From NCBI GenBank assembly GCA_013041925.1, contig JABDRB010000001.1:47750-71749 (forward strand): 24,000 nucleotides of DNA, read 5' to 3'. The stretch is from Akkermansiaceae bacterium. Its GTDB lineage: Bacteria; Verrucomicrobiota; Verrucomicrobiia; Verrucomicrobiales; Akkermansiaceae. Shown piece by piece: positions 17,961 through 24,000 of the stretch; within the stretch, counting starts at the first letter, position 1; each line of letters opens with the position of its first letter. The translations under genes and the position numbers were made by a program. The notes below the pieces were generated by a model. The model did no database searches. It saw only the letters and a program-made list of their open reading frames with translations, and had not been told where the DNA came from.

Positions 17961-19001
17961 TTATAATGCTGAGTGGACAACCGTCGCGCGCAGGAGAATA
18001 TCGTTGCCAATACGCGTGTAACATTGATCGGTGAGCTGAATATCCGTCGGCACACCCGCAAACCCAGCATCCGGCCCACCGGTAAGCATGGGGGCATAAA
18101 AGAGAGCGACCTCATCGACCAGTCCTGCGTCAAGAAAGGCAGACATCAGGGTCCCGCCGGCCTCGACAAGAACCGTATTACAATCGGCATCCGCTAGCGT
18201 TTGAAGCGCTGCCGTGAGATCGCCCTGTTCCTGAACCAAGGTGCGATCAGCGTAGGCATCGGTAAATACCTGCGCCTTTGGGGGCAACTGGCTGGCAGAG
18301 CCACGGGTAATGACCATCCTCCATGGTTGCTGTTTCTGACCACTAATGGCGAGCTGTTTCGACCGCAAGGTGAGTGCGGGGTCGTCGATACATAACGTGT
18401 TTCCACCGGTAATAATGGCATCAGATTCAAACCGAAGTCGTTGCACGTATTCGCGAGATTTGGGTGAGGTCAGCCATTGTCCTTCACCGGGCGGGCGGGT
18501 AATACGGCCATCCAGGCTCATCGCCGACTTGAGAATCACCCAGGGAAACCCGGTCGATTGTTTTTTTGCAAAGGCACGGATAAGTGATTGGCACTCAGTG
18601 GTACACACACCCGATGTCACCTCGACGCCGTGCGATTGCAAGCACGATTCAGCGCGTCCTGCATGCATGGGGTTGGGGTCATGGATGCCATAAACGACAC
18701 GCGAGATGCCAGCATCGATGATTCCTTGGGTGCATGGTGGCGTGCGACCGTGGCTCGAGCAAGGTTCGAGCGTAACATAAATCGTCGACCCCCGTAGGAC
18801 ACCGGCAGGATGTCGGCTCAATGCGTCTGCGATGGCTTCACGTTCAGCGTGAGGTTGACCTGCTTGACGATGCCAACCTTTGCCCAGCAAGATGTCATCC
18901 TTCACGATCACGGCACCCACCGCAGGGTTGGGTGATGTCAATCCGATACCCTGGCGCGCCTCTGCGATCGCAACCTGCATCCAGTTCTCGTCCGACTTCA
19001 T
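17961..19001 (-). CDS. ribD: Bifunctional riboflavin biosynthesis protein RibD (pyrimidine deaminase / uracil reductase)
   Basis: 346 aa. Deaminase zinc motifs HAEREAI and TLEPCSSHGRTPPC. The C-terminal RibD_C-like region contains ESDAIITGGNTLCIDDPALTLR. Confidence 0.95.
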   Translation of the reverse strand: MKSDENWMQVAIAEARQGIGLTSPNPAVGAVIVKDDILLGKGWHRQAGQPHAEREAIADALSRHPAGVLRGSTIYVTLEPCSSHGRTPPCTQGIIDAGISRVVYGIHDPNPMHAGRAESCLQSHGVEVTSGVCTTECQSLIRAFAKKQSTGFPWVILKSAMSLDGRITRPPGEGQWLTSPKSREYVQRLRFESDAIITGGNTLCIDDPALTLRSKQLAISGQKQQPWRMVITRGSASQLPPKAQVFTDAYADRTLVQEQGDLTAALQTLADADCNTVLVEAGGTLMSAFLDAGLVDEVALFYAPMLTGGPDAGFAGVPTDIQLTDQCYTRIGNDILLRATVVHSAL

Positions 19002-19037
19002 AAGGTGGTTTTAGTTGGCGTCGCTGAAAAATCAAGC

Positions 19038-19190
19038 TGTGAACAAGGGGCTGGATACTGTGGATAACCTGTGGGGACCCTGTGTCATCATCCTTTAGTT
19101 TTCCGTAGTATCGCCTTCTATGCAGATCATCCCCACGCTCATTCACATGTTACTCTTCCCGTGGAACACCTGTAACGACGGTGTGCAACA
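19038..19190. promoter_or_regulatory. Cluster of DnaA-box-like 9-mers (one perfect, three with one mismatch to TTWTNCACA)
   Basis: TGTGGATAA at 19059-19067 is a perfect reverse complement of TTATCCACA. TGTGAACAA at 19038-19046, TCATTCACA at 19139-19147 and TGTGCAACA at 19182-19190 each have one mismatch. CTGTG recurs at 19037, 19058, 19069 and 19080, with 11-bp phasing for the last three. An AT-rich tract follows at ~19205-19300. Whether DnaA binds here is inference. Confidence 0.4.
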
Positions 19191-19371
19191 GTCATAATCC
19201 CGACTTATTGACATAAAGAAGAAGAAGAATCTTTTAGGTTTAAAAAAGAAGAAATCATCTACTCCGTGAATAACAAATACCTAGAGAGGAAATATGGAAT
19301 TTGTGACTCCCTGCTTGACCATTGGTATGAGATATGGAGTCATAGTTACAACCTAAACCGTATATCGAGAT

Positions 19372-19584
19372 ATGAAACACAACGACGACTTGTTACACAC
19401 CGAAAAGATTATCGCCGACCGTAAAACATTTTACTTAGACCTTAAGGAAAACGCACGTGGTAAGGTGGTTAAAATCACGGAAGAGGTATCGGGCAATCGC
19501 GATACAATAATGGTTCCGGCTGAGGTTCTCGGTGATTTTATCGATGCTCTGAATGATATTCAGGATACGGCCGAGGGTGAATAA
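19372..19584 (+). CDS. Small single-repeat PUR-alpha-like nucleic-acid-binding protein (PUR / DUF3276-type)
   Basis: 70 aa. By eye, EKIIADRKTFYLDLKENARGKVVKITEEVSGNRDTIMVPAEVLGDFIDAL aligns with the eukaryotic PUR-alpha repeat (...[22 protein letters not shown]...[22 protein letters not shown]). Confidence 0.75.
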   Translation: MKHNDDLLHTEKIIADRKTFYLDLKENARGKVVKITEEVSGNRDTIMVPAEVLGDFIDALNDIQDTAEGE

Positions 19585-19635
19585 GTTGCGGATGTTTAAA
19601 GCATCCACGTAGAAAAAAGATGTTCCACCACGGGA

Positions 19636-20052
19636 TTACACCGCGGGATCGCCCCAGCGGGTCTTCCAATCATCGGGCAAGCGTTTTGGCTTTCCTTGTG
19701 GCATCTGAACAAGCGCGAGGGATTGGCGGCATGTGACAAGCCGTTTTTGATCTTCCTTGCGGGTCATGACAAAGGCGCACCAGAAGCGTGCACGTTCGAG
19801 TTTTTCCAAGGTTCCGTGGATCACGAGTTGATTGCCAAGTTGTGCGGGGAATCGATAATCGATCTCGGTTCTTAAAACGACAGGAAAGATTTTGCTATTT
19901 CCCATTTCCTGTAAGTTGAGGCCCATTTTGGCAGCGAGGTGTGTGCGACAGGTTTCGATCATGCGCAGGTATGCGAGGTTGTGCACCACACCACCACAGT
20001 CGGTATCAAAAAACATCACCTCTTCGTAGCTCGTAAATTCGGGTTTCTGCAT
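19636..20052 (-). CDS. Acyl-CoA thioesterase, hotdog-fold 4HBT/YbgC-like
   Basis: 138 aa. VMFFDTDCGGVVHNLAYLRMIETCRTHL matches the YbgC/4HBT catalytic-Asp N-terminal motif (v.yeDtD.ggvVyh.nYl.y.e.ar). Confidence 0.85.
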   Translation of the reverse strand: MQKPEFTSYEEVMFFDTDCGGVVHNLAYLRMIETCRTHLAAKMGLNLQEMGNSKIFPVVLRTEIDYRFPAQLGNQLVIHGTLEKLERARFWCAFVMTRKEDQKRLVTCRQSLALVQMPQGKPKRLPDDWKTRWGDPAV

Positions 20053-20147
20053 AAGGGGATGAAAACCCGTAAGACTAAAAATTCAAGCCTGGTTTTATGA
20101 CGCAGGGGGGAGGACTCTAGGGACCAGGGAACCTGTTATACTTTGGC

Positions 20148-21242
20148 TTGCCCATCGCGATGGACTACGGCATGGTGCGCTTTATGCGTAGAAAGACAGC
20201 ATCCCGTTCCGTGAACACAGCACGGCTCATTTACCTCGTTATTTGTGAGCTTGCCGGTGCTGCGATTGCTAACCATGCCGTAGGTCCCGATAAAATTTGG
20301 CTTGGTATTGTGGGTGGGTTGATCATTGCAGCCTTTTTTATTCTCGTCGAATCGTTGATGAAGCAGTTTTCACTGCGTGGATTTTCCAATGCCACGGTAG
20401 GTATCCTGATCGGTGTTTTCTGTGCGTGGTTGCTATCGCGCGGTGTCGTTAACCTGCTTGAGGTCACGCTCAGCGAAAAAGTAGAGCAGATTGATGCGGT
20501 GGTGATGTCGGTGCACGTTACCCTTTATGCCAGTTTAGGTTTTCTAGGTGCTGTGCTGGCTTTGCGTAGCAGTAAAGATGACTTTTCCCTGCTGATTCCC
20601 TACCTCCGTTTTCGCAAGGAATCGACGCCTGGCCCGCCCTTATTGCTGGATAACCATGTGATCACAGACAGTCGATTGTATGGTGTGCTGAGTGCAGGCT
20701 TTATTGAAGGTAAACTGGTGGTGCCACGGTTTGTTTTGGAGGAGTTGCACATCATGGCGAACTCACCTTCATCGTCGCGCCGTGCACGTGGTCAGCGTGG
20801 CTTGGATACGCTCGAGAGGCTTCAGGGAAATGATGAGTTTCGGATTACCATTTATGATTCTGAGAGTAATCAGGGCGCCGATACACATGACGCGAGGTTG
20901 ATGTATTCATGCCGACTGCTTTCTGCGCGCTTGCTGACCACCGATGAAAATCTAACGAAGGCCGCACGCCTCCAAGGGGTGACCGTGCTTAATATCAACG
21001 ATTTAAATCAGGCGTTGAAGCCAAAAATTGCGGTCGGCGAGCGGATCAGATTGCCGCTAGTTCGGGCGGGTCGTGACGAGCACCAAGCGGTGGGTTATCT
21101 GCCTGATGGGTCGATGATTGTGGTTAACAACGCGGTGCGTAAGATCAATACCACTCAGGACGTTATCGTCATCAGCACGCTCGAAACAGAGGGCGGAACG
21201 ATGGTGTTTTCTGAGCTATTCGAACGTGAAGAACCATCCTAA
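20148..21242 (+). CDS. Membrane-anchored PIN-domain plus TRAM-domain protein (YacL-like putative RNase)
   Basis: 364 aa. Four predicted N-terminal TM helices. PIN-like LLLDNHVITDSRL...VVPRFVLEELH...LLTTDENLTKAARLQGVTVLNINDL. TRAM-like C-terminus GERIRLPLVRAGRDEHQAVGYLPDGSMIVVNNA. The track start is TTG at 20148. In-frame ATGs at 20160, 20172 and 20184 are alternative starts. Confidence 0.8.
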   Translation: MPIAMDYGMVRFMRRKTASRSVNTARLIYLVICELAGAAIANHAVGPDKIWLGIVGGLIIAAFFILVESLMKQFSLRGFSNATVGILIGVFCAWLLSRGVVNLLEVTLSEKVEQIDAVVMSVHVTLYASLGFLGAVLALRSSKDDFSLLIPYLRFRKESTPGPPLLLDNHVITDSRLYGVLSAGFIEGKLVVPRFVLEELHIMANSPSSSRRARGQRGLDTLERLQGNDEFRITIYDSESNQGADTHDARLMYSCRLLSARLLTTDENLTKAARLQGVTVLNINDLNQALKPKIAVGERIRLPLVRAGRDEHQAVGYLPDGSMIVVNNAVRKINTTQDVIVISTLETEGGTMVFSELFEREEPS

Positions 21243-21396
21243 TCAACACGTAGTCAACGCGGTGCCTCGTTTCGATGTAACCTGCGCAACGACGTGCTGG
21301 CATCGTTGGCTGATAAAGTGACCCTTCTGGGCTACCTCCCATTCAGCTTCTTGTGGGGCTTTGTTGAGCTGCCCCCGAGTCGCCCTTAATGGCCCC

Positions 21397-23358
21397 TTAG
21401 CCGCCTGTTTTTGGGTTTCGCTTTTTACCCGGTTTTTTATCGTCGGGTGTCGCGTTCCGCATGGGTTGGCTCGGTGCGCCACCTGCCTTTTGGCGTTGCA
21501 TTTCCTCGGCGCGTTCCGCCATACGTTCCATGAAGGATTTTTTCCCAGGTTTTCCAGGTTTGGCGGTTTTTGTGAGTTCGGGTTCGGGCAGGCGATTGGT
21601 CAACCATGTCTGGCCGATGGAGAAGATATTCTGAGTCGTCCAGTAGAGGGCGAGTGCGGAGGCGAAGTTGTAGCAGAAGAAAAAGAACATCAGCGGCATA
21701 AACATCATAATGCGCTGTTGCATTTTATCACCCGTCTTCGGGGTCATTTTCATTTGCAGAACCATGGTGACTGCCATCAGGATCGGCAGGACATTGATGG
21801 GAAGTTGATCACCTAACAAAGGAAGGGCAAAAGGAAGCTCGATGATAGAAAGGGTGTCTGGCATCGACAGATCATCCACCCAGAGAAAACTCTGTCCACG
21901 CAGCTCGACGGCGTATTGAAGCATCCGGTAGTAACCAAAGAAGATAGGGATTTGCAGGAACATCGGAAGGCATCCACCCATCGGGTTGATTTTGTAATCC
22001 TTGTAGAGCTTCATCGTTTCCTGGTTCAGCTTGTTCGGGTTGTCCTTATATTTCTCCCGAAGGTCCTTCATGATCGGCTGCAGCTTGCTCATGCGCTTCA
22101 TGGTGCGCGTGGATTTATTATGCAGTGGCCAGATACAGATACGGATGAGGATGGTCAGCGCGATGATGGAGAGGCCCCACGACCACTTATCGGCAGTTTT
22201 TGAAAAAGCACTGTCGTGTAGCCAGTTGAGCACACGGTTGAGTGTGACACTGACGGGTGAGAACCAGCCGTAGTTCATGACCTCACTGACGGGGGCCGAG
22301 CTAAAGAACCCGGCGTCTTTCGCTTTTTCTGGGTTGAAGTAGAGGTGACGCAGTTGGGTGTAGCGTTTCGGTCCGATGTAGATGGAGTAGGAGAGGGTCG
22401 TGTTCTCATTGGGGCCCAGCTTTTCGGGTGGTAGTGACATTCCCGCCCGCACGGCATATTTAGGTTTTTCAGGATCGGCTTTGGGGATGTCGACCTTGTC
22501 AGCTTTCCCCCAGATCGTCGCGGCATACTTATTTTTGGGTCGAACGAGGGTGGTGAAGAACTGGTTAGAGACGCCGGCAAATTCGAGTTCCTCGATGCTT
22601 TCTTGATAGAGCGGCTTGGCTTTGCTGAAGAAACCTTTTTTGAACCAGTTGCTGTCTTTGTTGGTGAAGCTTCCGTCGTCGAGGTAGAAAATTCCGCCTT
22701 GGTTTTCCCATTCGCGTGCGTGAAGTGGGGCGGCGGATCCTGTAAACAGCGAGTATTTACCGAGGTCTACGGTGCCTTGCCCTTGATTGTGAAAGGTGAT
22801 TTTGAGTTTGAGTCGCCAGGGTGCGCCGACCTGATCCGTGTCTTGTTCGAGGTTCCAACGTTTGGTAATCTGGAGGCCGCCGAGCTGATCGGGGTTGTTT
22901 TGGCAGTAGATGTTCCCCTCTTTTTCTACCAGACTGTAATAGAGTCCGAGAGGTTCATCGGGGCTTCTGAAGATCGCTCCGATGGGAGCAGGTGCACCTT
23001 GGTTGAGTTGGATATTTTCTGTCTGTGACCCGACGACGTGCTGGTTGAGGAGCTCGGCCAACTTGATTCCACCGCCGTGGGAGGTGAAGGTGTAGGTGAC
23101 GACGTCCTTGCCTTGTTTGTCGGTGGACGTGAGTGTCTCCGTTTTTTCGCCAATGGTTTCGATGTGAGGTTCGTTGACCAGACCAGGGTTACTGGTAGCT
23201 GGGTTGCTCTGAGCTGGGGGGGTGTCGCCATCGGCGACCTGCTCCTTCTCGGGCATGTCTGCCGACTTCGGCGTTGGCGTCGGGGTTGGTTTGAAGTGGT
23301 AGTTCAGTGCGAGAAGAATTCCGCAGACGATGAGTATGATCCAAGCTTTTCGATCCAT
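21397..23358 (-). CDS. yidC: Membrane protein insertase YidC (long periplasmic P1 domain, basic C-terminal tail)
   Basis: 653 aa. N-terminal TM helix, a large P1 domain, and the conserved core SWGLSIIALTILIRICIWPLHNKSTRTMKRMSKLQPIMKDLREKYKDNPNKLNQETMKLYKDYKINPMGGCLPMFLQIPIFFGYY. Confidence 0.97.
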   Translation of the reverse strand: MDRKAWIILIVCGILLALNYHFKPTPTPTPKSADMPEKEQVADGDTPPAQSNPATSNPGLVNEPHIETIGEKTETLTSTDKQGKDVVTYTFTSHGGGIKLAELLNQHVVGSQTENIQLNQGAPAPIGAIFRSPDEPLGLYYSLVEKEGNIYCQNNPDQLGGLQITKRWNLEQDTDQVGAPWRLKLKITFHNQGQGTVDLGKYSLFTGSAAPLHAREWENQGGIFYLDDGSFTNKDSNWFKKGFFSKAKPLYQESIEELEFAGVSNQFFTTLVRPKNKYAATIWGKADKVDIPKADPEKPKYAVRAGMSLPPEKLGPNENTTLSYSIYIGPKRYTQLRHLYFNPEKAKDAGFFSSAPVSEVMNYGWFSPVSVTLNRVLNWLHDSAFSKTADKWSWGLSIIALTILIRICIWPLHNKSTRTMKRMSKLQPIMKDLREKYKDNPNKLNQETMKLYKDYKINPMGGCLPMFLQIPIFFGYYRMLQYAVELRGQSFLWVDDLSMPDTLSIIELPFALPLLGDQLPINVLPILMAVTMVLQMKMTPKTGDKMQQRIMMFMPLMFFFFCYNFASALALYWTTQNIFSIGQTWLTNRLPEPELTKTAKPGKPGKKSFMERMAERAEEMQRQKAGGAPSQPMRNATPDDKKPGKKRNPKTGG

Positions 23359-23415
23359 GAGAAATAGTGGTGGGTTGGGTGTTGTGAGTGAAAGTGTGCC
23401 GATGGGTTCGGCAGG

Positions 23416-23703
23416 TTATGATGATTTTTTTGACGGGACGGGGTCGTCGCCGCAGCCGCCCCAGGGATGGCAGCGGAAAATGCGGCAAATGCCAAGCCAT
23501 GATCCGCGGTAGGGGCCGTGAATTTGGACGGCTTCGAGAAAGTAGTGTGAGCAGGTGGGTGTGAAGCGGCAGCCTGAGTTCGGGCCACCTATGACTTTGA
23601 GGACGGGGTTGAGAAATTTTTGGTAAATCCGGACACCGAAGTAGATCAGGTCGCTGAGGGTTTTGGCAAGGAGGTTCACGGGTTGGGGGGGATACTTAGG
23701 CAA
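23416..23703 (-). CDS. yidD: Membrane protein insertion efficiency factor YidD
   Basis: 95 aa. [11 protein letters not shown]...[46 protein letters not shown] is the YidD signature. The start overlaps the rnpA stop by 8 nt. Confidence 0.93.
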   Translation of the reverse strand: MPKYPPQPVNLLAKTLSDLIYFGVRIYQKFLNPVLKVIGGPNSGCRFTPTCSHYFLEAVQIHGPYRGSWLGICRIFRCHPWGGCGDDPVPSKKSS

Positions 23704-24000
23704 GGATGCCGAGTCGTGTGGCTTGTTTCAGCCAGTCCTTTTCGAGTTCGTCGAAGGTGGCACTGGGGGCGCGCCAGCGGAGGATGGTGACGATGTAGCG
23801 TTTCCCCTGTGTATCGTCGATGCGGTGTAGGTGCTTGGCGAGGATGGCATGAATACGGCGGCGGAGTCGATTCCGGGTCACGGCATTACCAATTTTGCGG
23901 GTTACGATGACACCAGCGTGGTGGTCGGACAGGTTGCGATCGACCAAGCTGCTGAGGACGAGGTAGGCTCCCCCTTTGGCGTCGCCCTCTTGACGTGCAC
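23696..24000 (-). CDS. rnpA: Ribonuclease P protein component RnpA; the 5' end lies beyond the right edge
   Basis: [25 protein letters not shown] contains the RnpA RNR motif. The reading frame stays open upstream of the track start (TTG at 23947) to base 24000 (...[22 protein letters not shown]), so the real start is probably outside the window. It sits in the conserved rnpA-yidD-yidC order. Confidence 0.9.
   Translation of the reverse strand, partial: ARQEGDAKGGAYLVLSSLVDRNLSDHHAGVIVTRKIGNAVTRNRLRRRIHAILAKHLHRIDDTQGKRYIVTILRWRAPSATFDELEKDWLKQATRLGILA

Noticed and set aside
19002-19200. An FMN (RFN) riboswitch was expected upstream of ribD on the reverse strand
   Set aside because: I read both strands looking for the conserved core (GGGCAGGGUGAAAUUCCC...ACCGGCGGU...GCCGACAGU...AGUCUGGAUG...GAAGA). 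Only vague fragments are present (CAGGGUCCCCACAGG) and the GAAAUUCC loops are missing. A cmscan with RF00050 would settle it.
19590-19606. Hairpin GGATGTT-taa-AGCATCC between the convergent PUR-like and thioesterase genes, considered as a bidirectional terminator
   Set aside because: The run of A/T is on the wrong side for both directions. On plus, an A-run follows the stem. On minus, the U-run precedes it. It is therefore not a canonical intrinsic terminator.
21361-23367. Plus-strand ORFs inside yidC (21361-21816, 21916-22203, 22603-23028, 23038-23367)
   Set aside because: They are antisense shadows of yidC.
1-24000. A search for tRNA/rRNA genes, CRISPR arrays, IS elements, integrases, prophage remnants, toxin-antitoxin pairs and known defence cassettes
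   Set aside because: I saw no T-loop/cloverleaf signatures, no spaced direct-repeat arrays, no transposase- or integrase-like ORFs and no terminal inverted repeats. The PIN protein is a membrane PIN-TRAM housekeeping type with no antitoxin partner.

Overview
This reads as an ordinary chromosomal stretch from a PVC-type bacterium. My guess is Verrucomicrobiota, inferred only from a PEP-CTERM protein, a giant TPR/alpha-2-macroglobulin protein and the gene content. GC is roughly 50% by eye. The gene set suggests it lies near the replication origin. About 8.3-24 kb is mostly housekeeping: mnmG(-), a universal stress protein(+), hflX(+), an L,D-transpeptidase(+), carB(+), pspA/IM30(-), ribD(-), a small PUR-alpha-like protein(+), a 4HBT thioesterase(-), a membrane PIN-TRAM protein(+), and yidC-yidD-rnpA(-), with rnpA cut by the right edge. 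The main result is that the left 6.36 kb, which looks empty in the supplied ORF track, is one uninterrupted reverse-strand ORF (ATG at 6357, still open at base 1, at least 2119 aa). It encodes a signal peptide, a TPR region and alpha-2-macroglobulin-family domains, with no CxEQ thioester motif. The track omits it because its stop codon lies outside the window. A PEP-CTERM secreted protein with its own terminator follows. Other points worth a second look: a cluster of DnaA-box-like sites beside an AT-rich, purine-tract region between ribD and the PUR-like gene; a duplicated 16-nt palindromic sequence with tandem 10-mers at the mnmG/usp divergent promoter; an (ACCGTGGC)x4 repeat; and a 617-bp gap with no convincing gene. 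I found no tRNA, rRNA, CRISPR array, transposase, integrase or recognisable defence or toxin cassette. I cannot show that any multi-gene novel system is present. All functional calls rest on motif recognition by eye, not database searches.
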